Source: an uncultured cyanobacterium
Lineage (GTDB): Bacteria; Cyanobacteriota; Cyanobacteriia; Cyanobacteriales; Microcystaceae
Direction: 5' to 3'
DNA length: 64,000 nt
Assembly (NCBI GenBank): GCA_963807635.1
Contig: CAWEDJ010000093.1
Coordinates: forward strand, 34,119 to 98,118
Below, in pieces: positions 42,096 to 53,194 of the stretch. The position numbers and the translations under genes were made by a program. The notes below the pieces were generated by a model. It had not been told where the DNA came from and did no database searches. It saw only the letters and a list, made by a program, of their open reading frames with translations. Position 1 is the first letter of the stretch; each line of letters starts with the position of its first letter.

Positions 42096-43823
42096 TTAAT
42101 TCGTCGGATTTAACCACAGTGATCGCACATCATCGATACGATAATTTTGATTTTGAAAAGCTAAGGGAAAATGGGTTTTATAATATTCTTCATTTGCCTG
42201 AAACTCCTGTAATTCACTAGAGCCGATCACGACATAACTGATACGATATTTTTTTAACAAATTGCTTGTATTTTTACCCCCTTTAAACATTAATTTTAAA
42301 TCTTTCTCTTGTTGTTCATATAAAAAACCAAAATTAGCAACCCAAGCCGTATAACCCATCAAAATCGGTCGAGCCGCCCAGAGCATAATGAAATGATTAT
42401 GACTGGTTGCCGTTAAAAATCTCGCTAAAGGATCGGTTTTTTCCCGAATTTTAATTCCCAGTTGAATATCATCATTGCTTGTGATCAATAGATAATTACT
42501 CGTCTGGAGTCGAACAAGTTCCAGAAAACCACTAAAGCTTAAAAAAATTACCAAGAAAATAACAGAAAGTTTATTAATAATTTTCCATTGAGTTTTCGCT
42601 GTCCAGGTTAAACTTAATGATTGGGCCGCTAGACCTGAAAACCCCAGATAAACCCATAAAAATAATTTAGAATTATCCCAAGAAATCGGTTGAAAGGTAA
42701 TTAAATTAGCCACACCAAAAAGCATAAAAAAGCCAAAAAAGAAAGCTTTAATCTCAGGCGATCGCTCTGATAGACGACTAAATCCAAAAACTGCAACGGG
42801 AAGCATCAAACCCCAGAGTTTCAGCCACATGATAATCCAACCCCAAAAGCCTCCCTGGGATGTCCAACCTGGAGTCCAACTCATAAAGTTGGAACTTTCA
42901 ATTCCTCCCGCAATAAAAATTAAATAGAGAGTAATGGCAATAATTGTTGTCGGAATAATGTAATAAAACAATAACTTTTGCCACTGTTGATAGGAAACAA
43001 TAAAGACAGGTATCAGAATAAAAAACAAAGCAATTAAACTGTGCATATGAGTAATTGCTAATATTCCTGATAGTAAAGATGAAATAAGGAGAATTAATTG
43101 ATGATTTTGGTGATTTTTGGGATTATCTAAAAGAACATAAAGAATGCTGACTAATGCCCAAATCGCTAAAGTAATTCCTAATAAAAAAGCTCGCTGGGGT
43201 AATAGCATTCCGACAATGACATTCCCTGAATACCATTGATAGTTTTCCCGTCGGGTATAGTCTAGGGTTTTTTCAAAAAAAGATAAATTTAAAATATTGT
43301 TTAAAGAATGGTCTTGAATAATGTGTAGAATAAAATCGATAAATCCTAATCCCGAAGAAAGGAAAAATAAAGAAATTGCAATTAACGCTTGAGCCTGAGA
43401 TTTTAGGACTAAATTAAAAAGCGTATAGATTCCTAATAAGAGAAAAAAAACATAAAATAGGGAAGGAATAATTAAAGCAAAATACAATGAAAAACCTGCT
43501 CTAATTAACATTCCAGAAATAAAATTGATAAGAAAGCCATAGGTGAATTTACCATCGGCGTAAATAGGATGATAGGCAAACCAATCCTGCGGATTTTTGT
43601 AGGCAAAAATATTGACCATACTAATATGTAACGGCCAATCACTCCAGACATTAACATGGCTAACGGATACACCGTCGGCATTAAATTTGATGACTCGAAT
43701 AAATAAAAATAAAAAGTAAATTCCCCAGGTACCGTAGAGAATCATCAGAGATTTTTGATGAGCCTGATAAAGCGAGATTAAATCGTCCAAATATAGCTTT
43801 TTTTTCTGAACAATTTTAATCAT
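42096..43823 (-). CDS. Polytopic membrane protein, GT-C-like glycosyltransferase candidate
   Basis: WSDWPLH luminal motif, about 12 TM helices, LPQRAF, WDNSK, soluble C-terminal domain. Confidence 0.7.
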   Translation of the reverse strand: MIKIVQKKKLYLDDLISLYQAHQKSLMILYGTWGIYFLFLFIRVIKFNADGVSVSHVNVWSDWPLHISMVNIFAYKNPQDWFAYHPIYADGKFTYGFLINFISGMLIRAGFSLYFALIIPSLFYVFFLLLGIYTLFNLVLKSQAQALIAISLFFLSSGLGFIDFILHIIQDHSLNNILNLSFFEKTLDYTRRENYQWYSGNVIVGMLLPQRAFLLGITLAIWALVSILYVLLDNPKNHQNHQLILLISSLLSGILAITHMHSLIALFFILIPVFIVSYQQWQKLLFYYIIPTTIIAITLYLIFIAGGIESSNFMSWTPGWTSQGGFWGWIIMWLKLWGLMLPVAVFGFSRLSERSPEIKAFFFGFFMLFGVANLITFQPISWDNSKLFLWVYLGFSGLAAQSLSLTWTAKTQWKIINKLSVIFLVIFLSFSGFLELVRLQTSNYLLITSNDDIQLGIKIREKTDPLARFLTATSHNHFIMLWAARPILMGYTAWVANFGFLYEQQEKDLKLMFKGGKNTSNLLKKYRISYVVIGSSELQEFQANEEYYKTHFPLAFQNQNYRIDDVRSLWLNPTN

Positions 43824-43870
43824 GGGGATTATAAAATTTTTACATCAACAAAGTATCCCTGACTTTTATA

Positions 43871-43895
43871 AACAAGGGGTTTAAACCCCTTGCCT
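43871..43895. repeat. Short palindromic repeat (CAAGGGG-TTTAAA-CCCCTTG type)
   Basis: AACAAGGGGTTTAAACCCCTTGCCT, with a related copy at 58384-58408. Confidence 0.7.
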
Positions 43896-43926
43896 CAACT
43901 TGTTTAATTGCACATCGCCATCTAAA

Positions 43927-44907
43927 TTATTGACTCGCAGTAATGCCCCTTTCTTTAAGTTGACGGATAAAATATTCCTCTAAAGAAGCCCTTGCTAAAT
44001 TCAGATTAATTAATTGAATATCCAAGGCTGGTAAATGATCAATAAATGCCTGGGGGTCTCCCTTAAGTTGGCCGTGCCATAAATTATCTTCTAATTTTAA
44101 GCCCGTTATCCATTCTTCTAATTGGCTTTCCGTTCCGCCTTTAACTACTACTTGATAGACATTGGCACTCCCTAAAATTTGTTCTAAAGACCCCACACAA
44201 ATTAATTCTCCCCTCGCTAAAATGGCAATGCGATCGCAGATTTGTTCGACATCCGTTAATACATGGGAATTGAAAAAAATGGTTTTTCCCTGTTCTTTTA
44301 AAGACAAAATAATTTCCCTAACTTGATAGCGTCCCAGGGGGTCTAAACCTGACATGGGTTCATCGAAAAAGACTAATTCAGGATCATTAATTAAAGCCTG
44401 GGCCATGCCGACCCGTTGCATCATGCCCTTAGAATATTGGCGCAATTGTTTTTTCTTAGCGGTTTTTTGGGCTAATCCGACGAGATCAAGTAATTGGGGA
44501 ATCCGTTGTTTTTGTTTTGACGCAGGAATCTGAAACAATCCACCGACAAATTCTAAAAATTCCCAAGCCGTTAAAAAGTCGTAAAAATAGGGATTTTCAG
44601 GCAAATAACCGACTTTTTGTTTGGTAGCGCGATCGCCGATGGGTCTTCCTAATAACACTGCTCGACCAGAGGTAGGACGAATAACGCCCAAAAGAATTTT
44701 TAAAAGGGTCGTTTTTCCTGCTCCATTGGGGCCTAATAGACCAAAGGTTTCACCCTGACGCACAGAAAGAGAAAAATTAGTCAGAGATTGTACCTTTTGA
44801 TTAAGCCAAAAACCCGTTCGGTAAATTTTATTAATATTCCAAGTTTCAACAACAGCAGTTTCGGTCGGGAGAGTTGGCGATAGGGGTAAATCTTGAACAG
44901 TATCCAT
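43927..44907 (-). CDS. ABC transporter ATP-binding protein
   Basis: GPNGAGKTT, YSKGMMQR, FFDEPMSGLD, SH switch. Confidence 0.95.
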   Translation of the reverse strand: MDTVQDLPLSPTLPTETAVVETWNINKIYRTGFWLNQKVQSLTNFSLSVRQGETFGLLGPNGAGKTTLLKILLGVIRPTSGRAVLLGRPIGDRATKQKVGYLPENPYFYDFLTAWEFLEFVGGLFQIPASKQKQRIPQLLDLVGLAQKTAKKKQLRQYSKGMMQRVGMAQALINDPELVFFDEPMSGLDPLGRYQVREIILSLKEQGKTIFFNSHVLTDVEQICDRIAILARGELICVGSLEQILGSANVYQVVVKGGTESQLEEWITGLKLEDNLWHGQLKGDPQAFIDHLPALDIQLINLNLARASLEEYFIRQLKERGITASQ

Positions 44908-44981
44908 ATTTCTTGAATGACTTATAAAGAACGATCAAAATGAACTGAATAATCACAATAAAATGATACTTTCAATCATTA

Positions 44982-45878
44982 CTAGGAAATTACAGGAAAA
45001 ACTAACTGATCTGCTTCAATCATTTTAGGAAGGTCGCGAAAAATCATTGAACAAGATTTCACATATTTCTTAGCCCACTGTTGAGATAATTCAATTTGAG
45101 CAGGGGTCAATTTTTCCTTAATAGATCCCTTAAAGCTTACCTTAGCGGAGGCACGATTGATTTCAAACTGTTGAAACCATTCCAGATCAGGACGGGAAGA
45201 TTGAAAATAGCGGCTACACATGGTATTACCTAAATAGTGATTCCCTAGATCGGTTAAATGATTAAAAGTCATCAATATATCTTCGACGGTAAGGGATAAA
45301 TTTTCAAGATTGATTTCGGGTGGACTAGGCGGACTATTCTCAACAACTTGGGATTTTTTAACCACAGTACTTGGCATGGTGACAACAACTTCACCGACTT
45401 TTTTCATGCCATTTTTTTCGGGATTAAAGGCCGCATCAAAACGACTTTTTTTATCGTATTTCGCATTCGTTAAATCTACTCCCGTCAAATTTGCTCCATT
45501 CAAATAGGCTCCTTTAAGAGAACTTGCCTTGAGGTTAGTTTTGGTTAAGTAAGCTCCCGTAAAATAAACTTCATCAAGAATGGCATCCTCTAAATTAGCC
45601 TTAATTAAATAGGTTTTGATCAAAGAAGCCCCTTTCAAATTCGCTTTTTGCAGATTCGCCCCCGACAAATCCGCCTCATTAAAATAGGTTCCTTGCAGAT
45701 TTGCGCCACTCAAATTGGCATCCCGTAGATTGGCATAGCTCAGATCAGCCCCACTAAAATCGGCATTGCTGAGGTCTAATCCGTGTAAGTCTGCACGCCG
45801 CAATTGGCAATTTTGGAAGTTGCGATCGCCAGCTTCGTAATGTTCCTGTATTTCTGATGGGCTGCTACTCTGAACCAT
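44982..45878 (-). CDS. Pentapeptide repeat protein with an additional C-terminal domain
   Basis: A(D/N)LxG repeats in the N-terminal half, C-terminal HYLGNTMCSRYFQSSRP domain. Confidence 0.9.
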   Translation of the reverse strand: MVQSSSPSEIQEHYEAGDRNFQNCQLRRADLHGLDLSNADFSGADLSYANLRDANLSGANLQGTYFNEADLSGANLQKANLKGASLIKTYLIKANLEDAILDEVYFTGAYLTKTNLKASSLKGAYLNGANLTGVDLTNAKYDKKSRFDAAFNPEKNGMKKVGEVVVTMPSTVVKKSQVVENSPPSPPEINLENLSLTVEDILMTFNHLTDLGNHYLGNTMCSRYFQSSRPDLEWFQQFEINRASAKVSFKGSIKEKLTPAQIELSQQWAKKYVKSCSMIFRDLPKMIEADQLVFPVIS

Positions 45879-46075
45879 AGGTAACTCTTTTTAAACGCAA
45901 TCGTATTCTACACAAAATATTGACGAAAAGGAAGGATAGATTTACGGAATTTCTGGGGGAATCTGTTCGCTCTGAAACAAATTGGGGGAGTATCAGATTT
46001 TAAAAATCCGTTGTCATTTAGTTTACGTTCATCCTGGGTTGACACTCAAGATTGTTTCAAAAAACGAAAGATAAT

Positions 46076-48394
46076 TTACTGTAACATATTTTTAAGCGTC
46101 GTTAGGGGAACCTTACAAAAGTATTGACGTTGAAATTTTTCTTCTTCAATGACATCACAAAAAAGTTGTATTTTTATATTATCGATAGGCTTTATTTGAT
46201 TAATAAAATTAAATCCCATATTCTCTTCATAATCAATAATTTCAAACCCTGTTTTCGATAAAATCTGTAATCCTAATTTTAGGGACTGATCACTCAGTTC
46301 AAGCTGATTTTTTAATTGTTCTACTGGAATAATTAACTGAGTCCGACTGAGGTATTTGGCGATACCGAGCAGTTTTTTTAAAGTTTCAATCCCTGTTTCT
46401 GGAAAGGCAGAATAGGCGAGGGCTAATTTTTCTTGATCTTGAGTTGCTTGGTGATAGGCGGTTTGTAACTCTTGCCAATCAGTGGGACATTGTTCTAAGG
46501 CTTGATAGTTTTCTTCTAGGGTATTTTTAGTTTGGTTAATATCTTGATTTCGCCAATCGATTAACTGAATTGAGGGGTTTAAGTTACTTTTAATTAAAGC
46601 ATTATTACTAATTTTAAAATCAATTAAGCGAACTTCATAACGCTCCTGACGAGACTGATAGGGCGGATTGTAATCTAACTCTACTACTACGTCACAGGCT
46701 TGATCGACGGGAATTTCATCTTTATAGTGTCCCCACCATACCCCTGGGAATCCAGTCGTAACGGTTTCATCAATTACCTCAAAAGTTGTTTTAATATATT
46801 CAATTTTTTTACCCCTAAAATCTGTGGGTTTATTATGCCAAGGACTTTTAAAATAACAATTTTTAATCAATAATTTAGGAGTCGGATTGCCCATGCCACA
46901 GGGTTCTAGTAATTTCATTTCTTGAAAAAGAGATTTTCCTAATTCAGACACTTTAACGATGAGATCGATTTTAATTTGAGCTTCTAATGAGGATTTATCT
47001 GGATTATATTGCCAAAATTGTTGATTAATTGCTTCCTGAAAAACAGGAATATTTTCTACTCGCAGACTCAAACCTGCCGCAAAGGGATGACCACCAAAAC
47101 TTTCCAATAAATGTTGTTGGGATTTCATTAATTGATAGAGGTCAATATTATTCAGCGATCGCGCCGATCCCCTAGCTAAAGGATCGCTTTGTAAATCATG
47201 ATGACGAGTGGTTAATAAAACCGTTGGGCGACCGTATTCCTGAGCAATTTGACCCGCCACTAAACCTAAAACGCCATTGGGCCATTGATTATCCACTAAG
47301 ACAATCACACTGGTAGTCGATAAATCCAGAGTGGCTAATTTTTTCTTAATTTCATTGGTAACAGTTTTTTGGAGAGCCTTGCGTCGAGTATTAGCTAATT
47401 CGGTTTCCATTGCTAATTTTTGACAGCGTTCCTGATCGCGACTCGTTAGTAACTCCACCGCAAAATGGGCATCTCCCTGAATCCGACTAATCGCATTAAT
47501 TCTGGGGCCAATGCCAAAGGAAATATCCGTCGGGCGATCGCCACTTCGTTGACAAAAATTCAAGAGATTAGCAATACCAGGGCGAGTAGGATTAGACGTT
47601 TGTAATTGTAATTTCTGGATTCCTTTTTGGGCTAAATAACGACAATCACCACTGAGTTGGACTAAATCCGCAATCAAACCGATCGCCACTAAATCTAATA
47701 AATTTTCGACGGGTTGTTGGGGAATATCGGGCAACGTTTGATACAAAGCTTCAACTAATTTATAGGCAACTGCCACTCCTGAAAGATGATAAAGCGGATG
47801 ATTATCAGCAAAATAACGCGGGTTAATGATTGCAATGACATCAGGACGATCTTCAGGTAAAGTGTGATGATCGGTAATAATTAAATCAATTCCTAATTCT
47901 TGGGCATATTTAATCTCTTTTAAATTCGTACTGCCCGTATCGCAGGTAATAATTAATTTCGTACCCGTCACGGCTAATTTTTCTAACTGGGCTATATTTA
48001 AACCGTGCGATTCAGTTAAACGATTAGGAATATAATAGGTTAACTGTAAATCAGGAATAAAAAATTGTCCTAATCCTTCCCAAAGGACACTCGTGGCCGT
48101 AATACCATCCGCATCAAAGTCTCCCCAAATAGCAATTTTTTCACCTAATTCTAAGGCTTTTTTAATTCGATTCATCGCCCATTTCATTTCTTGTCCAAAG
48201 GCAAAAGGGGTAGTGGGTTGATAAAATTTAGTATCAATAAATCCTGCTAGTTTTTCCCTATCCCTAATGCCCCTTTTCCAGAGTAATTGGGCGGCGTAGT
48301 TTCCTGAAGATTTTGTACAATAGGTCTGGACTGCTTTCAAAAAGTTTGGAGGGATTTTTTCGGGGAGAGAAATTTGCCAGTTAGAGTTTGCCAT
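46076..48394 (-). CDS. recJ: Single-stranded-DNA exonuclease RecJ (long cyanobacterial form)
   Basis: WGDFDADGITAT, TCDTG, TDHH, ADLV, PRINA, ARGSARS, GGHPFAAG, LEPCGMGNP. Confidence 0.93.
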   Translation of the reverse strand: MANSNWQISLPEKIPPNFLKAVQTYCTKSSGNYAAQLLWKRGIRDREKLAGFIDTKFYQPTTPFAFGQEMKWAMNRIKKALELGEKIAIWGDFDADGITATSVLWEGLGQFFIPDLQLTYYIPNRLTESHGLNIAQLEKLAVTGTKLIITCDTGSTNLKEIKYAQELGIDLIITDHHTLPEDRPDVIAIINPRYFADNHPLYHLSGVAVAYKLVEALYQTLPDIPQQPVENLLDLVAIGLIADLVQLSGDCRYLAQKGIQKLQLQTSNPTRPGIANLLNFCQRSGDRPTDISFGIGPRINAISRIQGDAHFAVELLTSRDQERCQKLAMETELANTRRKALQKTVTNEIKKKLATLDLSTTSVIVLVDNQWPNGVLGLVAGQIAQEYGRPTVLLTTRHHDLQSDPLARGSARSLNNIDLYQLMKSQQHLLESFGGHPFAAGLSLRVENIPVFQEAINQQFWQYNPDKSSLEAQIKIDLIVKVSELGKSLFQEMKLLEPCGMGNPTPKLLIKNCYFKSPWHNKPTDFRGKKIEYIKTTFEVIDETVTTGFPGVWWGHYKDEIPVDQACDVVVELDYNPPYQSRQERYEVRLIDFKISNNALIKSNLNPSIQLIDWRNQDINQTKNTLEENYQALEQCPTDWQELQTAYHQATQDQEKLALAYSAFPETGIETLKKLLGIAKYLSRTQLIIPVEQLKNQLELSDQSLKLGLQILSKTGFEIIDYEENMGFNFINQIKPIDNIKIQLFCDVIEEEKFQRQYFCKVPLTTLKNMLQ

Positions 48395-48584
48395 AAAATT
48401 ATAATAATGAGAGATAGATTATGGGATTTGTATCGCGATGATTAAAATGGTTCAAATAAATAATATTTTTCAGTTTTTTGATAAATTAAAAATCAGGCAT
48501 TCTAATTTTTTTAGACAATAACTAAAAACTTCTAAATCATATCGAATATAATAGAAAAATCATTGTTTCCTTGGGATTATTTCC

Positions 48585-50243
48585 ATGCCGCTTCCCCGTC
48601 TCATTACCCTTGCTGTTGGTTTAAGTATCGTTCTGGGGCTAATGATTTGGCTGATTAATTCGATTTATCGGCTTTATTTTCAGGTTTCCTGGACATCTCC
48701 TTTTTTAGCCAATATTTTAATCCTACTCGTCATTGGATTGCTCGGTTTATTGATCTATGCTTTTGTTTACTATTTTAATCTGGCTCGCCAGCAACAAGCC
48801 CGCAAAAAAAATCAAAAGAATCGTAAATCTCGCTTAGATCTGAAATTGCCTGAACAGAAAACCGAAGCCGCAGGAGAAACCCTCAAAGCAGTACGTCGTC
48901 AAGTTCAACAAATCCAGGATAAGGTCGCTCAAGAAGCTCTTTTTAAGCGATCGCAACAAATTGAGGAAAGTTTAGCACGGGGAAATTTACACGTCGTTGT
49001 ATTTGGGACGGGATCGGCGGGCAAAACCTCCTTAGTCAACGCTTTAATTGGCGAAATCGTCGGAAGTGTGGCGGCAACAATGGGAACCACCCAAATCGGC
49101 GAAACCTATCATTTACCCCTCAAAGGATTGGCGCGAGAAATTTTAATTACGGATACCCCAGGCATTTTAGAAGCAGGCATTGCGGGAACGGAACGAGAAA
49201 AATTAGCCCGACAATTGGCCACCGAAGCCGATTTATTATTATTTGTGGTGGATAATGACCTCAGACAATCGGAATATGAACCCTTAAAGGCATTAGCAGA
49301 AATTGGAAAACGCTCTCTTTTGGTGTTTAATAAAACCGATCTTTATACGGATGAAGACTTAAATATTCTTCTGAGTACCCTACAAAAACGAGTCCAAAAT
49401 TTTATTCTTTCTGTTGATATTATTCCCATCGCCGCTAATCCCCAACCCCTGCGATCGCGATCGGGGGAAATGGTTAAACCAGAGCCAGAAATCGCGCCTT
49501 TGATTCAGCGTTTGGTGGCAGTTTTACGGTCAGAAGGGGAAGATTTAATTGCAGATAATATTCTCTTACAATCCCAACGCTTAGGGGAAGAAGCTCGAAA
49601 TTTAATCGATCAACAACGTCGTCGAGAGGCGGATAAAGTGATTGAGCGTTATCAATGGATTGGGGCAGGAGTGATTGCGGTAACGCCCTTACCCGTTGTG
49701 GATATGTTGGCGACAGCGGCGGTAAATGCTCAAATGGTGATGGAAATTGGCAAAATTTATGGCTGTGAATTAAATAGCGATCGCGGCAAAGATTTAGCGG
49801 TTTCCTTGGGGAAAACCTTTGTAAGTTTAGGAGTCGTTAAAGGAGCCATTGAACTATTAGCCAGAGCCTTACAATTCCAGTTAGCAACCTATCTCGTGGG
49901 AAAAGTGATTCAAGGCATTACGGCGGCCTATTTAACCCGCATTGCTGGTAAAAGTTTTGTCGAATATTTTCGTCAAGATCAAGATTGGGGTGATGGCGGT
50001 ATTACGGAAGTGGTGCAACGTCAATTTCAACTCAGTCGTAAGGATGAATTTATTAAGTCCTTCGTGAAAGACGCGATCGCCAAAGTGGTTCAACCTTTAG
50101 CCGAAGTTTGGGAAGATCCCGAAGAAGAGGAAGAAATCGAAGAACCTTTATTAGAAATGTCTGAATTACCCGAATTAGAGAAAGAATTGATTCGTGATTT
50201 TAGTGATTGGGAAAAACCCAGAACAAAATATGATGATTGGTAA
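48585..50243 (+). CDS. YcjF/DUF697 family membrane GTPase
   Basis: Two N-terminal TMs, GTGSAGKTS, DTPG, NKTD, DUF697 region (TPLPVVDML). Confidence 0.88.
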   Translation: MPLPRLITLAVGLSIVLGLMIWLINSIYRLYFQVSWTSPFLANILILLVIGLLGLLIYAFVYYFNLARQQQARKKNQKNRKSRLDLKLPEQKTEAAGETLKAVRRQVQQIQDKVAQEALFKRSQQIEESLARGNLHVVVFGTGSAGKTSLVNALIGEIVGSVAATMGTTQIGETYHLPLKGLAREILITDTPGILEAGIAGTEREKLARQLATEADLLLFVVDNDLRQSEYEPLKALAEIGKRSLLVFNKTDLYTDEDLNILLSTLQKRVQNFILSVDIIPIAANPQPLRSRSGEMVKPEPEIAPLIQRLVAVLRSEGEDLIADNILLQSQRLGEEARNLIDQQRRREADKVIERYQWIGAGVIAVTPLPVVDMLATAAVNAQMVMEIGKIYGCELNSDRGKDLAVSLGKTFVSLGVVKGAIELLARALQFQLATYLVGKVIQGITAAYLTRIAGKSFVEYFRQDQDWGDGGITEVVQRQFQLSRKDEFIKSFVKDAIAKVVQPLAEVWEDPEEEEEIEEPLLEMSELPELEKELIRDFSDWEKPRTKYDDW

Positions 50244-50263
50244 AATCTACCTGCTGAAATAAA

Positions 50264-50328
50264 AGGGCGATCGCAATTCATCCCTACCATTCTTAAAAAG
50301 ATTCTGTAGGGGCGCAACGCTTGCGCCC
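50264..50328. repeat. Inverted pair of GTAG-type REP-like palindromes
   Basis: AGGGCGATCGCAATTCATCCCTAC (reverse copy) and GTAGGGGCGCAACGCTTGCGCCC between convergent genes. Confidence 0.65.
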
Positions 50329-50360
50329 AAAGTCTAATTTATGTACACAAGAATCCGAAC

Positions 50361-50971
50361 TTAAGTATCATAAACTCTCGATTCAAAAGCATCAGGATTT
50401 TCTTCACAATACTCATCAAAATGACTCTTTTCTAGTTTCTTAGCGCGTTGATGGGCGCCTCTGCCTGGAGTTCTTCCACCGTGTCCCAAGCCGCCGCGCA
50501 TTCAGGAGATTTAGCTCCTTTTTTGGCACAAATTGCCCTCGCATTTTCCAAGGCTTTTTGAATATTTTCATCCAAAAGTAAGGATTTAGGCTGTTCAACA
50601 AAATCACTCTTATTTAAAATATCCGTAACAGAGACAATTCCCAATAATCCATTTTGAATAACGGGGGCATGGCGAATGCGATTTTGGGCAAATAACCGAG
50701 CAACATACTCGACCTCTAATTCGGGATTGATGAGAATGCAAGGTTTCGTCATGATTTCATAAACACGAACCGTTTTAGGATCGGTGCCAAAGGCCGCAAC
50801 TTTATAAATAATGTCAGTCTGGGTCACAATCCCGTAGGCATCACCCTCATGACGGAGTTCGACGATGAGGGAACGAATTTTTTTACTCTTCATTAAATGA
50901 ACGGCATCGGCAACTGTCGCGCTTCCTTTGATTGTCACGACCTCTTTGCTCATAATATCGGCAGCTTTCAT
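50361..50971 (-). CDS. CBS-CP12 fusion protein; -1 indel ~50456
   Basis: CBS pair, then ICAKKGAKSPECAAAWDTVEELQAE. The corrected frame ends HQRAKKLEKSHFDEYCEENPDAFESRVYDT*. Confidence 0.9.
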
Positions 50972-51256
50972 AATTTCTCAACGATTATTTGGTTTAAAAG
51001 TTACTCTCCCAAAAATTATCCATCAGAATGTCCCCTTCCGCACAGATTAATTAAGGCTTTAGACTGAAAAAATGGCAAACCTTTTTAAATTTTCGTTTTT
51101 ATGAGATTTATCGCTATTATTTATGATTTTGAGGCGATCGCCCGCCTATTTTTAGTCTTCTTGGCTAGTAACATTCACGTTAAAATGAGGTGTTGTCACT
51201 TTGCTTCTTCTCTTTAGAATCTTTCCCAAAATCCCCTTTGCTGGTAAATCATTTTT

Positions 51257-53077
51257 ATGTCTGTCGCCAAATCTCCCCAGAAAGCTAAAACACCTCAAAC
51301 CGACAATGATTGGCGATTATTACTAAAATTATTGCCCTATGCCCGCCGTTATCCCCGTTTATTGATTCTTTCAGTGATTTTATTAATCCCAGTTTCCTTT
51401 GCAGGGGCGATCCAGCCTTTAATTATTGGACAATCGGTTTCTTTGTTACGACAGGAACCCACCTGGTCTTTTTTGCAAAAATTGCCGTTAACGAACGCTC
51501 TTCATTTGTTAGTGGGGATATTATTTGTAACCATTATTATTCGACTGATCTTTGCGGCGGTACAGGGCTATTTAGTCCAAAAAATGGGTCAGGAAATTAC
51601 CGCAGATGTGAGACAAGATTTATTTATTCATATCACTTCTTTATCGGTTAGTTATTTTCAAAAAACTCCCGTTGGTAGCTTGGTGACTCGTATGACCAAT
51701 GATGTAGAAGCTTTGGGAGATGTTTTCGCTAGTGGGGCGATCGGGGTTGTCAGCGATTTTATTTCTATTTTAGTCATCATCGTAACTATCTTTTTTTTGC
51801 AGTGGCAATTAGCGTTAATGTTGGTTGCGATGTTAATTCCTGTTACGGCTCTGATTATTTATTTTCAGCAGGAATATCGTAAAGCAAATTATCAAGTGAA
51901 GGAAGAACTTTCTCGCTTAAATTCGATGTTACAGGAAAATGTAACAGGCATTAATGTGGTGCAATTATTTCGTCGAGAAAAATATAATGCTGAGTTATTT
52001 CGTACCGTTAATCTCCGATATCGCAAGGAAGTCGACCGCACGATTTTCCATGATTCGGCGGTGTCCGCAACGTTAGAATGGATTAGTTTAGTTGCGATCG
52101 CGGGAGTTTTATTTTTAGGGGGAATTTTAGTTCTAAAAACAGGCTTAAACTTTGGGACATTGGCCGCCTTTGTCCTCTATGCTCAACGATTATTTAATCC
52201 CCTCCGACAATTTGCCGATAAATTTACCATGTTTCAGGCGGGATTTACCGCTATTCAACGCATTGGGGAATTAATGGATAAACCCATTGAAATTCGAGAT
52301 GTGGAGAATGTTACCGCCCTTGATATCAGTATTGATCCCAATTTGAGGGGAGAAATTCGCTTTGAAAATGTTTGGTTTGCCTACAAATCCGATGAATATG
52401 TCTTAAAAAATTTAGACTTTACCATTAAACCTGGCGAAAAAATAGCTTTTGTCGGCCCTACGGGGGCGGGAAAAAGTTCAATTATTCGTTTATTATGCCG
52501 TCTCTATGAACCGAGTCAGGGACGAATTTTAGTCGATGGAATTGATATTCGCCAACTTTCTCAGGTACAGCTCAGAAAATATGTCGGGGTTATTCTCCAG
52601 GAAAGTTTTCTTTTTACAGGAGATGTTAAACGCAATATTACCTTAGGAGAAAATTATAGTCTTTCAGAAATTCAAAAAGCGGCCCAATTAACCAATGTGG
52701 ATCGACTAATTGAAGACCTACCTCAGGGATATAATACCGAACTACGAGAACGGGGCAGTAATCTATCGGGCGGTCAAAAACAGTTACTCGCCTTTGCGAG
52801 AGCCGCTATTCGTGAACCCCATGTTTTGGTATTAGATGAAGCAACTTCTAGTTTGGATGTGATCACGGAATCGTTAATCCAAGAAGCATTATTACATTTG
52901 TTAGAAAACCGAACAGCGATTATTATTGCCCATCGTCTTTCTACTATTCGGGATGTGGACAGAATTTTTGTACTGAAACAGGGAGAAATTGTTGAGTCAG
53001 GCAGTCATGAAATTCTATTAGACAAACAAGGTTTATACGCGAGTTTATATCAATTACAAATGCTCGGAAAAAATTAG
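51257..53077 (+). CDS. ABC exporter, fused permease/ATPase (MsbA/MdlB-like)
   Basis: TM domain, GPTGAGKSS, LSGGQKQ, LDEATSSLD, IAHRLST. Confidence 0.95.
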   Translation: MSVAKSPQKAKTPQTDNDWRLLLKLLPYARRYPRLLILSVILLIPVSFAGAIQPLIIGQSVSLLRQEPTWSFLQKLPLTNALHLLVGILFVTIIIRLIFAAVQGYLVQKMGQEITADVRQDLFIHITSLSVSYFQKTPVGSLVTRMTNDVEALGDVFASGAIGVVSDFISILVIIVTIFFLQWQLALMLVAMLIPVTALIIYFQQEYRKANYQVKEELSRLNSMLQENVTGINVVQLFRREKYNAELFRTVNLRYRKEVDRTIFHDSAVSATLEWISLVAIAGVLFLGGILVLKTGLNFGTLAAFVLYAQRLFNPLRQFADKFTMFQAGFTAIQRIGELMDKPIEIRDVENVTALDISIDPNLRGEIRFENVWFAYKSDEYVLKNLDFTIKPGEKIAFVGPTGAGKSSIIRLLCRLYEPSQGRILVDGIDIRQLSQVQLRKYVGVILQESFLFTGDVKRNITLGENYSLSEIQKAAQLTNVDRLIEDLPQGYNTELRERGSNLSGGQKQLLAFARAAIREPHVLVLDEATSSLDVITESLIQEALLHLLENRTAIIIAHRLSTIRDVDRIFVLKQGEIVESGSHEILLDKQGLYASLYQLQMLGKN

Positions 53078-53113
53078 ATTTTCAAGGTTTTAAGACTTAA
53101 AATCCATATAGAA

Positions 53114-53140
53114 TAAGGACATAATATATTATGTCCCTAC
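53114..53140 (-). repeat. GTAG-type REP-like palindrome
   Basis: Reverse complement GTAGGGACATAATATATTATGTCCTTA matches 57273-57299 at 24/27. Confidence 0.7.
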
Positions 53141-53194
53141 CAATATTTTTCTATCATTACAAACCAATCTGCTGTATTGACTACGGATTTAACA

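Noticed and set aside
1863..50971. Widespread pseudogenisation or programmed frameshifting
   Set aside because: The indels hit essential genes and sit at methylation motifs or homopolymers, with no accumulated nonsense decay. Sequencing error is the simpler explanation.
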